Assembly: GCA_965178125.1 (NCBI GenBank)
Contig: OZ237741.1
Span: 806,001-870,000 of the forward strand
DNA from: Bilabrum cf. latius
Lineage: Eukaryota
Reading direction: 5' to 3'
DNA: 64,000 nt
Shown piece after piece: positions 1 to 11,749 of the stretch. The translations under genes were made by a program, and so were the position numbers. The notes under the pieces are model-generated. The model made no database searches. It was not told where the DNA came from and saw only the letters and a program-made list of their open reading frames with translations. The first letter of the stretch is position 1; the number at the start of each line of letters is the position of its first letter.

Positions 1-399
1 CTTCGGGATCTAGATCATCGCGTATGCCAAAAGAGACAAGCGCTGTCTCCCCGCTCTGCAGGCTTTACTGCTCGGGATTCAGGGGTCGCATATGCAGTGA
101 GGCTTGCGCACGCAGTACTTGCACAACGGCGAGCACTGCGTCATTCGGATCAAGCACGATCACGCCTCTCACGCGGTGCTAGACTCTCCTGTGGTAGTGC
201 CCCTGTTAGGTCTAGATTGGATGCTTGATGAACAGTACACAATAAAGGATGCTTGCGCGTTAGAATGGCTTTAGTAATATCCATTTTGTACTGGTGCATC
301 CAACATGGAGCACCGGCCCCTCAAATTCTGCTGACCACCACAGCCCGCACACATGCCTCTGTGGGGTGCCGTTCGGAGCCCAGCCGGCATTTAACGACC

Positions 400-1425
400 T
401 CACTGCCTGCCATGTAATGCTGCATTAATTACATCGTCGATCTGGCGCTGCGCCGCATCGAGCTCTGTGACCTGCTGCGCCCCGCTATCGGCCAACCCGA
501 TGCTGCTAGATTCCTGCGCCGCTCGCTAAGTCAGGGCACGGCGGTACTGGTTGGAGAGTTCGATGGCTTGTTCTTCCTCTAGAACGTCGTATATGTCGAT
601 ACACTTGTGTAAGGGGTGCCTCCCACGGGAGAAGCCGGGGCTAGTGGCGTTCCATGGCCACTCCTAGTCCCGTGCTGTTGCCAGGCGCAAGCACACTGCA
701 GCGGAAACGGCGGGATGCAGCAGCTTCGACTCGCTGTGCATCTCTTGGAACATCCTAGCGGTGCCTTTGTCCTGCCTGGGATCTTCTCGCACGGCGCGCT
801 GCATGTCAGTGTCAAGCGGCCCCGGGGAAAACGAGAGAAACCTCGTCGAGTGACCGGGGCGCTCCGACCAGACCGCTGCCTCAGCGGCTGCACAATCCAA
901 AGCAGCAACCCTAGCAGCTTTTCCTGCTGAGTAAATGCTCCATGATGGAAATAGTGCTGGTTGCTCTGCAGCAAGGGAGCTCACATTCACCACTGTAGTT
1001 CGCACAGACTAGCTTTGCCTACTTGCAAGCTTTTGAGAGGTAGACACAACCCCACCGACCAATTGAATAAAACTCCCTACATTAACTCCGAACTACTCGT
1101 CGATATCGCGCCTTGCCAACTCAGTGATCTTACCAATTGGCTAGATGGAGCCATGGTTGAGGATTGCAAGTAAGTCAAGGACATCTGCTGGATTCGAGCT
1201 CATCACTCTTGCTTGAAAACTATCAAGCACTTCCTTGACATGTGCGTCACTACTTAAATCCCCAACCAAAGTGATAGCGTTGTGAAAATCACAAACTGTG
1301 CCTGATGTACGACCAAGGTGCGCCATCGCACATGCTGAGTTCAACAGGTGCTAGAATTGCACCAAAATTTCCTTTCCATACCCTCTCCCGCAACCAGTCA
1401 GTAGACCAAATATATTTTTATTCAT
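400..1425 (-). CDS. SPR: Sepiapterin reductase-like short-chain dehydrogenase/reductase (~341 aa; 6 in-frame TAG)
   Basis: One frame runs from ATG 1425 to TGA 400-402. Motifs: LLTGCGRGYG (TGxxxGxG), LNHGSI*PIG, VNVSSLAA, YSAGK (YxxxK), SPGPLDTDMQ and C-terminal CIDIYD (SPR-like). TAG at 1351, 1141, 1093, 1009, 664, 526. Exact orthology (SPR vs benzil reductase-type) is uncertain. Confidence 0.8.
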
Positions 1426-1576
1426 TCCATTGCAGACTTTTCTAGTATTGCTCACAATGTACGAGTAATGTTCCCTGCAAAATGCAGTCGTCACATAGCC
1501 ACCACGAGTTTCAGTGACGTTTCCATCACTATAAGAACAAGCGGAGCAGTGCAGTTACTTCTGTGTAGAAAGTACC
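1426..1576. promoter_or_regulatory. Probable bidirectional promoter between the SPR-like gene and TTC36
   Basis: Only 151 nt separate the divergent start codons. Confidence 0.5.
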
Positions 1577-2266
1577 ATGGATAAGGGTCTGGGAAGCGCA
1601 GATGCTGTGTTGGATTTCATCTTCAACCCGGCTGGCATGCCATCATCGGTTCCGAAAGGCCCCCTCCCTGATATGCCTGCTATCACGGCCGATAAAGCCA
1701 AAATTGACCGCGATGGTGACTTTCCTATCAATGAAGAGGGTAGGAGGCTCTAGGTGGAGGGTGTAAAGGCAGCTCAACAAGGAGATATTCCAGCCGCTAT
1801 CAAACACTTTTCAGCGGCTCTTACCGCTAATCCTGAGAATCCGTTACTGTTAAACGACAGAGCTCAGGCCTTAAGGGATAATGAAAATTACGATGATTCC
1901 TAGAAAGACATTGACGCTGCTGTTGCGCTAATGGAAAGTAAGTACGATGGCAAAAGACCAGTAGACTGGCCGCTACAGTCGAGAGTAGTGCGGTCCCAGC
2001 TAATGATGCAACAAGCCAGTCTATATAAACGGCGTGACGCGAACGAAACAAAAGCTCGAGAGCAGATGGAGCGCGCTGCCGCTCTCGGGAATCCGCTGGC
2101 ACAGGGGTTATTGGAAGAAACGAATCCGTATGCAGCCCTGTGTGGAGCTGCAGTGACGAAAATGATGGCTGAACAGATCGCGGGAGCTGATGCGAGCCCA
2201 GCTGCATCCGATCTCAGTGCAGCTGCTAGCGGTGGTGCTGCTGAGCCCAACGATGGGTGCAAGTGA
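1577..2266 (+). CDS. TTC36: Tetratricopeptide repeat protein 36-like (229 aa; 2 in-frame TAG)
   Basis: ATG 1577 to TGA 2264-2266. Contains AVLDFIFNP, L*VEGVKAAQQGD, LNDRAQA and ERAAALGNPLA...NPYAALC, matching the TTC36 family. TAG at 1751 and 1901. Confidence 0.88.
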
Positions 2267-2334
2267 CGTCGGCTCCGCTGGAAAAATAGAGATCATATTG
2301 GATATATTTTTTTAACGAATTGCTCGCCAATGCC

Positions 2335-4477
2335 TCAGAGTGAAAGTGGAACAATTTCCAAGTGACTTTCGTCGGATGCTACCTACTCAGGCTCGTAGTA
2401 CTGCACCTGCTGCACGCCGTCGCAAACAGCCTGTGCGTCCCGCGTCACGCCATCGATACCCTCTGCATCATCGTGCGAGTACTTGCTTGCAACAGATGGG
2501 GCCGCTGCACCTGCTTCGCCATCATGCAGGTATTCGCCTCCATCGCCAAGAGGGAATACTTTTGATATGTCCCTCGTAGATCGCGAGCGTACGTCTTTGC
2601 TCTCCTGCTCGCCCAGCTCAGGCACTTGCTCCGCGCTCCCCTCCGGCTGCTTCGCACCATCGCCAGGGGCGACGCTCCCAGGCTCATCGCTCTCATCCTT
2701 GAAGCCTCGCGTGCTCTTGCTGGCTGCCAGTGTCAGGTACTTCGTGTCGTCTCGGTACGACATGCAGCACATAAGGCCACGCATGAAACCAGCCAGCCAC
2801 GCAGGCGGCTCGGCCGCGAAACCCTTGCTCCACACCATGACCATCACGGCAACCACAAGCCACACCCCAGACACGATCCACTGGGCCAGCAGCAGATCCG
2901 GATGAATGGGAGCCAGGAACAGCCACCCTGTGGCCAGCACGAACGGAGAGATCAGCACCAGCGACCGCGGGATGGCAGCAAAGAACGTAGAGTCCACGCC
3001 CGTGTACTCCTTGCGGAACAAGTAGTTCCGCAGGGAGCGGCTGCCTGACGACAGCACGGTGATCAGCACGCCGCCGAAGAGAATGAACGGGTTGATCGTG
3101 CCAGCAGACAGCTGGAAGGCAAGTCCCAGCAGCAGCAAGCTCCACTGCTCCCTCGACCCGTAGATGTCGCTGGGCCGCGGCAGGAGCTTTCGCACAGCAT
3201 CGGGCAGCAGCACCTGAGCTACGTCGGAGCCCCACCGCACGCCTTGCGCACCCAGGAAGGATAGCCACAAAAAGCCGAACAGCTCAGCCGCGGCCCGATC
3301 GGCAGTGCCCATGGCCTCATTGACGGCCAGAGGGTGCTCCTGCACAGTGGAGCCGAGAGCCTTGACCTGCTTGGCTGTGTTGTACAGCAGCGCCAGGAGA
3401 GAGTTCACGATCGTCATGAATACCTGCAGCGTCACGATGTCCGAATCGCGGTCGGCCCGAGCATGTGGCACGCTGAGAAACAGATTCCCGAACTTCTTGG
3501 TCGCAAACAGCGTGATCGCATTGGACGCGTACACGATCACGCAGAATGCAATCCTGTCGTTCTGGAAGAACTCGATGCCGTTGATGATGATTTGCATGAC
3601 GGCCATGACGCTTAGTACCACCAGCACAAGGACCGCCAGAAGGCTCCGGCGCATGATCACCTCGCGCCACTGCTCCTTGGACAGCTCGATGCGGAGCGTC
3701 TTGCTGGGCGGCTTGGCACCCCAGAATGCGACTGCCAGCACGATGGGAAGGAGCACATTGAATGTGGCCGAGAGCACAGAGGGGAACCTCAGGCCGACCG
3801 AGCCCCCGCTGAGATCGTACCACTCTGGGAATGCTTCTGCTTCGCTGGATGGCTCGCCTTCTGATTCCTCCTCCTCTTCTTGCTCTTGCTCTTGCTCTTG
3901 CTCTTGCTCTTGCTCTTGCTCTTGCTCTTGCTCTTGCTCTTGCTCTTGCTCTTGCTCCTGCTGCTGCTCGCCCGCTGGCTCTTCACCTTCGGGCTCTTCA
4001 CCTTCGGGCTCTTCACCTTCGGGCTCTTCTCCTTCGGGCTCCTCTCCTTCGGGCTCTTCACCTTCGGGCTCTGACAGCAGCCTTAGAGTCGGCTCCTCAC
4101 CTTCGGGCTCCTCTCCCTCGGGTTCAGACGGTACGTATGGGATGAGACTGTCGATCTGATCTTCACGAACCTGCGCACTACAATTGTTTTAGTGCTCGGG
4201 AGCTTGATGCTTCGTGCACTCGCAGGTGATGAAGGAACAATATGCCGGCCAGCGTCCTGGACTGTCTCACCGTCTTCGCAAGCGCCGAACCACCCCCCAA
4301 CATATTAACCACAGATACAAATCCTGTCGCATTAACCTCTGCGCCGTTGCTCAAGTACAAACTTGTCCCGACAACAGAAATAGTACAGTCAGCCCGTGCG
4401 AGCGTGAGTGCGGCGCATATTGCAGCAGTGGCTGTAACTATTGCGGTCTTAGCCTCAAAGAAACGAAATAATGTCAT
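2335..4477 (-). CDS. Multi-pass membrane protein with signal-peptide-like N-terminus and acidic (EPEGE)n/(QE)n stalk, tandem copy 1 (~680 aa, 2 exons)
   Basis: Exon 1 is 4477-4271 (69 codons), intron 4270-4171, exon 2 is 4170-2335 ending in TGA. One TAG at 2383. About 10 hydrophobic segments; no family recognised. Confidence 0.8.
3879..4125. repeat. Coding tandem repeats: (TGCTCT)n hexamer encoding (QE)n, and 15-nt units encoding EPEGE
   Basis: Visible directly: TGCTCT run at ~3879-3957 and TCGGGCTCTTCACCT-like units at ~3975-4125. Confidence 0.9.
4171..4270 (-). other. Spliceosomal intron (100 nt, phase 0)
   Basis: GTGAGA...GCGCAG. Removal joins ALAKT to VREDQIDS in frame, at the same position as the intron in the paralog. 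Confidence 0.8.
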
Positions 4478-4881
4478 GGTATTCTATCCAGAGACGACGT
4501 CCACCTTCTTGTTCCACGTATCACCTCGCTTCTATTCACGAGTGCTGGCTCGAGTGCCCGTGGTGGTGTGCTCGGACAACTGCAGCATCCGATGCTGCCA
4601 ACACTTACAAGCCGCAGGATGCCTAGAATTGTGCGGGAGTGGTGGATGAGTGTAAAAACTGTCTTCAACCAGAGTAGCAGTCAACTCTGACTTGGTATAA
4701 ATGTGGAATTGTGCTGCCGGTGCAGGGCGAGGTCGCGAGTCGCGACACGCCAGAGGTTTGCGGCCACTGGCAGGTCCGAGATCGCACGGCTCAGAGCCTT
4801 TATCAGCCAGTGTAATTCCATAAAAAAACATGTACGCTCATTATTAAGTGGTTTCAATACTCTCCTCTCGGGACCTGAAAC

Positions 4882-6928
4882 TTACACAGCATGCGCGACC
4901 CCTGCAAGCTGAACACCACCCCCTCGACTAGATGTGGGTGCACCTGCACCTGCTCCAGCATCAGGTAGAACCTTGTTGGTATCTCCAGCAGGCAGGAGAG
5001 TGGATGTATCTTCCTAGTGCTCTGTGGGTGCTTCCTTGCTCTCCTGCTCGCCCAGCTCAGGCACTTGCTCCGCGCTCCCCTCCGGCTGCTTCGCACCATC
5101 GCCAGGGGCGACGCTCCCACGCTCATCGCTCTCATCCTTGAAGCCTCGCGTGCTCTTGCTGGCTGCCAGTGTCAGGTACTTCGTGTCGTCTCGGTACGAC
5201 ATGCAGCACATAAGGCCATGCATGAAACCAGCCAGCCACGCAGGCGGCTCGGCCGCGAAACCCTTGCTCCACACCATGACCATCACGGCAACCACAAGCC
5301 ACACCCCAGACACGATCCACTGGGCCAGCAGCAGATCCGGATGAATGGGAGCCAGGAACAGCCACCCTGTGGCCAGCACGAACGGAGAGATCAGCACCAG
5401 CGACCGCGGGATGGCAGCAAAGAACGTAGAGTCCACGCCCGTGTACTCCTTGCGGAACAAGTAGTTCCGCAGGGAGCGGCTGCCTGACGACAGCACGGTG
5501 ATCAGCACGCCGCCGAAGAGAATGAACGGGTTGATCGTGCCAGCAGACAGCTGGAAGGCAAGTCCCAGCAGCAGCAAGCTCCACTGCTCCCTCGACCCGT
5601 AGATGTCGCTGGGCCGCGGCAGGAGCTTTCGCACAGCATCGGGCAGCAGCACCTGAGCTACGTCGGAGCCCCACCGCACGCCTTGCGCACCCAGGAAGGA
5701 TAGCCACAAAAAGCCGAACAGCTCAGCCGCGGCCCGATCGGCAGTGCCCATGGCCTCATTGACGGCCAGAGGGTGCTCCTGCACAGTGGAGCCGAGAGCC
5801 TTGACCTGCTTGGCTGTGTTGTACAGCAGCGCCAGGAGAGAGTTCACGATCGTCATGAATACCTGCAGCGTCACGATGTCCGAATCGCGGTCGGCCCGAG
5901 CATGTGGCACGCTGAGAAACAGATTCCCGAACTTCTTGGTCGCAAACAGCGTGATCGCATTGGACGCGTACACGATCACGCAGAATGCAATCCTGTCGTT
6001 CTGGAAGAACTCGATGCCGTTGATGATGATTTGCATGACGGCCATGACGCTTAGTACCACCAGCACAAGGACCGCCAGAAGGCTCCGGCGCATGATCACC
6101 TCGCGCCACTGCTCCTTGGACAGCTCGATGCGGAGCGTCTTGCTGGGCGGCTTGGCACCCCAGAATGCGACTGCCAGCACGATGGGAAGGAGCACATTGA
6201 ATGTGGCCGAGAGCACAGAGGGGAACCTCAGGCCGACCGAGCCCCCGCTGAGATCGTACCACTCTGGGAATGCTTCTGCTTCGCTGGATGGCTCGCCTTC
6301 TGATTCCTCCTCCTCTTCTTGCTCTTGCTCTTGCTCTTGCTCTTGCTCTTGCTCTTGCTGCTGCTCGCCCTCGGGCTCTTCACCTTCGGGCTCCTCACCC
6401 TCGGGTTCCTCTCCTTCGGGCTCTGACAGCAGCCTAAGGGTCGGCTCCTCGCCCTCGGGCTCTTCACCTCCGGGCTCCTCTCCTTCGGGTTCCTCTCCTT
6501 CGGGCTCCTCTCCCTCTGGCTCTTCACCTTCGGGTTCCTCTCCCTCGGGCTCCTGTCCTTCGGGCTCCTCTCCCTCGGGTTCAGACGGTACGTATGGGAT
6601 GAGACTGTCGATCTGATCTTCACGAACCTGCAGTGTTATTTGCAAGAGAGCAATGTTGTTTCAATTGGTCATCAATGGTAACGCCCAGACGGTTCGTCGT
6701 GTTGACAGTTGTTGGCCTCACATCATTTGCAAGAGCAGAACCACCGCCCAGCATGTTCACAACCGATACGAACCTTGTCGCATTAACCTCTGCGCCGTTG
6801 CTCAAGTAGAGGCTAGTGCCTACTGTAGAGACGTGGGTTCCACCGCGTGCAAAAAGCAGCGCCGCACCAATGGCTGCAACAGCCGTCAAAAAAGCAGTTT
6901 TAACCTCCAAAAAGGCATACAGAGTCAT
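4882..6928 (-). CDS. Multi-pass membrane protein, tandem copy 2 (~650 aa, 2 exons)
   Basis: Exon 1 is 6928-6722 (69 codons), intron 6721-6628, exon 2 is 6627-4882 ending in TAA. TAG at 5014, and similarity to copy 1 continues beyond it. Confidence 0.8.
6318..6585. repeat. Coding tandem repeats (QE)n and (EPEGE)n in copy 2
   Basis: Shorter TGCTCT run and more 15-nt units than in copy 1. Confidence 0.88.
6628..6721 (-). other. Spliceosomal intron (94 nt, phase 0)
   Basis: GTGAGG...CTGCAG. Joins ALAND to VREDQIDS in frame. Confidence 0.8.
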
Positions 6929-7328
6929 TGTATTCGCTCCTGATATTCGCTGCATTTTCTTTTTCAGGGGGGCCCCATCGGGAACCGGTCGTGCGTTGGT
7001 TTCGCTAGTCATTCTCAACGACTACAACCGAACACCGAGGAGTTCGTTGAGCGAGCCAGAACGACTTTCCTGTCTAGGTGTCCTTAAATCAAGTTGGACT
7101 CAATGCCTGGATGAATCTGGCAACAAAATGAAATGATATCCAGGTGACTATTTGGATGGAGAGTCGAGCACGTGCCAGTCGCCGCCGCGCCGCGACGGTT
7201 CCGCAAAACGCCACCAGCTTGTGACTTGGGCCGCTGTCCAGACCTGCCGCTGACAGTTTGCGCAGGAATGCAGCTAGTTTGATAGCTCAATGCTCTTTCC
7301 ATAATATGGATATGTTTGTGCCACAATT

Positions 7329-8483
7329 TCATGAAGAGCTCCCTTTGTGGCCGGCAATGGTCTCAATTGCAGGGGCTCGGTGAGCACACTCGGCGATCAG
7401 CCTCATCACCGCCACCTCCCCGGTCGCAACCTCCTCTGCCTCCCGCAACGACCCCATCACCATCCCTCCTCGGCTCACTTCAGCGCTGCTCAGAGTGGGA
7501 AACTCGATCCCTTCTTCTCCCAACCTGCTCTGCGCCCACTGCAGCATCCGAAGCATCAGGGGCAGTCGCGTGGAGGCCAGCCGTCCCTGCCTGGCCAAGA
7601 TCGCCTGGTTCACCTCATCGGCTACATGGCCCCGGTATGTTATGGATAGGACCTGCCTTACCTGCCTGGGCAAGGTGGTAGATGCTTGCGAATGTCCCAG
7701 CTCTGCGGCGGCACTCAAACTCGGCCCAGCTGAGGCCTTCGCCAGCCCTGTGGTCGATGGAGAGGATGCGCTCAATCCTGCAGAAGAATGGTGGGGCTGC
7801 GGTAAAACGGACCCGTTCAACACCCCGCCTTCTGTCTCTGTAGCATCTGCACTCGGGCCGCTTTCATGCGACTCTCCACACTGCGACAAACGTCTCTCAT
7901 CCGGTGCAGAGCCAGTCACATCTGCAAGCATGATTGCCTGCATGATCACCTCTAAATCAGACCGTAATTCACTAGATGCATCCACTATAGGTCGAACGGA
8001 CGTGTAAACTCTCTTGAGAGCTTCACCATGCCGCCCTTTCCTGAGTAGTTCGCAAGCAGCGTGTTTGTGCAGCTCAAAGGCCACCTTTGGAGCTTCATCT
8101 AACAGTCCAGGGAACTATTTAGATATTGTGAGGAGCGATTGATCGGGTTTACCACACAAAATACTCCTCAGTACATGTGAGCGCGCCTCATCTTGCTCGG
8201 AAACACGCTTGGACCCTAATTCGTGGAATCCTGTTTCGGCTTCAAAGGCTTGCGCTGCGGGCAGATACCCTTCAACAGTTAGGAATTCATAAATCAATCC
8301 GTTTAAGAATCTGCAAAAATGAAAGGAAACGAAAATAATGGAGAATCATCTGCAGTTGCAGTTCGTCGTCCAACCAAGAATAGGCCCCGGATTGCTGCCT
8401 TACCCCTTCGAAACGTCTGCCTGGGCGAGAAAATCACTCCAAGTTCGCTTTCGGATTTCTTTTTGCGGAGATGCTGCACTCAT
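7329..8483 (-). CDS. GID8: GID8/TWA1-like LisH-CTLH-CRA protein (CTLH E3 ligase subunit), 2 exons, 1 in-frame TAG
   Basis: WSDFLAQADVSKG|FLNGLIYEFLTVEGYLPAAQAFEAETG (LisH), ILCGKPDQS...*FPGLLD...FELH (CTLH), VADEVNQAIL...RLPLMLRMLQWAQSRL (CRA). Intron 8403-8311, TAG at 8115, TGA at 7329-7331. The start could be further upstream. Confidence 0.8.
8311..8403 (-). other. Spliceosomal intron (93 nt, phase 2)
   Basis: GTAAGG...TTTTTGCAG with a pyrimidine tract. Removal restores the LisH frame. Confidence 0.8.
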
Positions 8484-9398
8484 TAGCGCTCTTTGCTTGC
8501 TCAGCAAGGCAACATCGCTCGACGTGAATTCCGGGTCACTGCGATGATCCGATCCCAGGCACATGCAATCGTGTGTGCAAGCTGCCGGCAGCATCGGTTA
8601 GGATGCAATGGTCGTGGTGTAGGTGGGCTTTTAAGGGGCGGCTCGGTGGTATGCAACCTGTGGGCGGTGAAGTAGATGCTGCGATGCTGCGTGCGGCCCC
8701 GGGGTGCGTGCGGGCACCCCCGCTGTTGCACCTCGCACAACCGTACGGACACTTGAGAGATCAGATCATCCCAAGGTGGTCACATGGTAAGACTCCTTCG
8801 GGCTACAGCGGATTCCATCGGATTCCATCGGGCTCCATCGCATCGCGGTTGTCAGTCCGGGGCTCTGGCACGAACAGGCCGCATTGGTATTGGCACTGGC
8901 ACTGGCATTTGCATTGGCCCGTACTTCAAGTTGAGCCCAAGCGGTGCAGCACAGGCGCATAACGCATCAAACTTCGACGATTGCTAGAAGTGGCTACATG
9001 TAGCCAGGGCATGTGCTTGTCGGAATCTGGCAGGGCACGAGCGCTGAATGGCAGTGGCCGGGTGATGTGGACATTCAGTGGAAATGCCGCCGGCAGACCT
9101 GTACCTCGTAAGGTCTATGCCTGCATTGGGGCATATGTCCTGCTAGTGCGACAGTGAGTGGGACCAGCGGCGCGGCGAGCACGTGGCCTCCCCTCCCCGA
9201 TGAAGGTCTCGGTTGGCGTCGTCACATCTGGAATGCGTTCTTGAGGCACGTTTGAGTCTGAATCACAACCGCGTGCCTTCGTCCTTGGCTTGAAAGTGAA
9301 AGGAGAATAGCCTTAACTTTCTGTAAGTCTGACTTTGAGACAAGTGGTGCAGTCGCATCACTTGAAGGCTTGGTTCTTGCAGATTAGGGATCGCCTGC

Positions 9399-11663
9399 AT
9401 GGCGGCAGCCCCGCATGAGAAGCCCCCAGAGTGGCTTCGCCCGCTGATCAAGACGTCACTACGAGCAATAGTAGATGATGCGTGCAAGTCATCGGAAAGG
9501 CAGCTCCAAGAGTGGCCCACCGTGACTGCGCCGGCGGAGAGTATCTACAAATCTTCGATGGGATACCCCAGCAAGATTCTAGCTGCCATGGCTGGAACCG
9601 CGGCTGAAAGTTTTGTGTACTCTTCCACAGTCCATTTTGACGGTATTGTGCCAGGTAGAACTGCGAAGCGCCGAGTGCACGTTTTGCAGATGAGGTGCGC
9701 TCCGCAGCCACGGCGCACAGGATCTTGCGGTTTTAGGGCGCTAGCAAACGCAAGAACAATGGCACTGCACCTAGAGGAGCTTATGTAGCGACTATCTACT
9801 TCAGGGGAGGGTCGGCCAGCGAAACCTACGGTGCCAGTTGGAGCGGATCTTGCTAGTGCGTCGCAGCCCAGCGCCGGACAAGCAGCTGGCAGCAACGGTG
9901 GAAGTGCTGCAACAGGAGCTGCTTCCACAAGCACCGGAATGTCTACCGATCCAGTTGATGGCGCCGCATTTGTTGGGCCGCTGTCTGAGCAGCTGCGTTC
10001 TCACGGCGAGTACGCCATCGTAGAGTCTGGAACCAAGCGCTCGCTGCAACTAGAGGCGGACCGTCAGCGCTCGGAAGAGGGTGAGGTGAGGATGGCGTTC
10101 GATGACAGAACTTTGAAAGGGTCGGTCATCGAGCGCAGCCACATGGACTTCGTGTTCAGCGACCGAGCAAAAGGTACTCCTTGCGAGCGTCTGTTTGGCT
10201 GGATGCGCGACAAACTTGTCAGAGTGAACGAGTTTGGCATGGATTCAGTGCAGCAGAGCGGGCTTAGTCATTGGACTCCAGCGCTAGATTCAGCCTTGAC
10301 GGCATTCGTGAAGCCCGGCGGCGAGCCAACATATCGGGTTTTCATGCTCGGTTTGGCCGACCACTGGATGGTCGCATCTTGTGCCCGTCTGTCGGATGAT
10401 GAGTGGGTCATCATCCTTGTGGACTCGCTGAGCATGCAATTCCTCGGCAGAACAGAGGAAGAGGTGAGGCAGCAGATCGCTAAAGGTGCTCTGGTGCGAG
10501 AGGAGAAGTACAGGGCCGAAGATCCGGAGGGGTCCTATTTGGACATCCCGCTGTGGATCCGATCAAGATCCCAAGTCGCGACCAGACTAGGCGCTTCGTA
10601 CTTTGTGGGGCTCATGGCGCGCGCGCTCGGAGGCGAGGACCCCCGGAGGCACCTGGCCGAGGTGGGTGTGTACGGCGCGCTGTCAACCTTCCCAGGGGCC
10701 CAAGACTCGATGCCAGGCATGGTCAATCCTGCGAGGAGCTGCAGGCACCTGGTCAGACCGGCCGTGGGAAACCCGCTGGCAGCTCGGAAAGAGGACTACA
10801 TGGCCTGCTTTGGGAGGGATCCAACGGCCGAAGCTGAGTACGCAGCCTACGCCAAGGAGCACGGGGTTGTGCCTGTGGCAGCAGCAGCCGCTGCCGACCC
10901 TCCTCCAGAGGAAGGTGCCGCTGTAGCGGCAGTCGGGGAACAGGACGGCGCCGCGGCGGTAGAGGCAGCAGAAGGGGAAGCAGAGGCTGGGGCAGCTCCA
11001 GAACTAGGCATGGTCGGGGCGATGGGAGAGGCGGGCCCGTCTTCGGGTGCCGGAGCTATCCCGATACGACTGTCGTCTTCCAACCGCACTACCAGCTCCG
11101 GCATGTGGGACGTGCCAGAGGGCGAGGACATTGACCATGACCCTGAGCATACCGGTGCACTGGCGTCGTGGGTCGCAGATCCACCGCATCCGCCCATGGA
11201 GCCGTTTCCGCCTGAGGCCACGGATCCGGCTCTGATCGCTGCAAGCTCAGCAGCTGCTTCGCCCATGGATCCCGCTGCATTTTACCTGCTATTAGTGCGA
11301 CACTACGAGAGGTGCCCTGCCATCATTCTCGCGCGTATCCTCAGTAAGTTTGCCGGAAAAGACCACCTGCTGTTGCTGTCGCCGCTCATGCGCAGCCGCA
11401 TGGCAGTCTTCGCAGATGCTGTGTGCCGCAGCATCGCTGTCAAGTGCGGGCACGCTGGCGCCCTCCCACTGCCGCACATGCTCAACGTGGCCGTACTTGG
11501 GAAACATGCAAGGACGTAGGCGAGAGTATACGAGGCTGCTATGCGCCTCGGCGAAGCTCTTGCCATCGTGGCCGTGGAGAGTCCACTGGAGACAGCCACC
11601 GCTGGGGGTGGGAGCGGGGATGGACCGGCAGCGCCCTCGCAAGAAGGTTGCATTGTGGGCTGA
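9399..11663 (+). CDS. Putative papain-fold (Josephin-like) cysteine peptidase/deubiquitinase with C-terminal CaaX-like CIVG (754 aa; 2 in-frame TAG)
   Basis: ATG 9399 to TGA 11661-11663 in one frame, TAG at 9786 and 11517. Motifs PQPRRTGSCGFRAL, ADHWMV, IILVDSL; ends GCIVG. The function is an inference from motif order. Confidence 0.7.
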
Positions 11664-11749
11664 CGTGCGACTATTAAGAACACGCAGAATTTGCAAATAA
11701 CAGGCGTCTATCTTTTTGTTGCACATGAACGGGTCTCGATTGCCTTATC

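Noticed and set aside
3305-6616. Plus-strand ORFs (284 aa, 290 aa, poly-Leu, poly-SC) and the many other antisense ORFs in the track
   Set aside because: They are shadows of GC-rich or repetitive coding sequence on the opposite strand or frame, with no recognisable motifs.
8808-8915. Short tandem motifs (GGATTCCATC x2-3; TGGCAC/TGGCAT x4) in the GID8-protease spacer
   Set aside because: They are too short and degenerate to assign a function, and the overlapping small ORFs are unconvincing.
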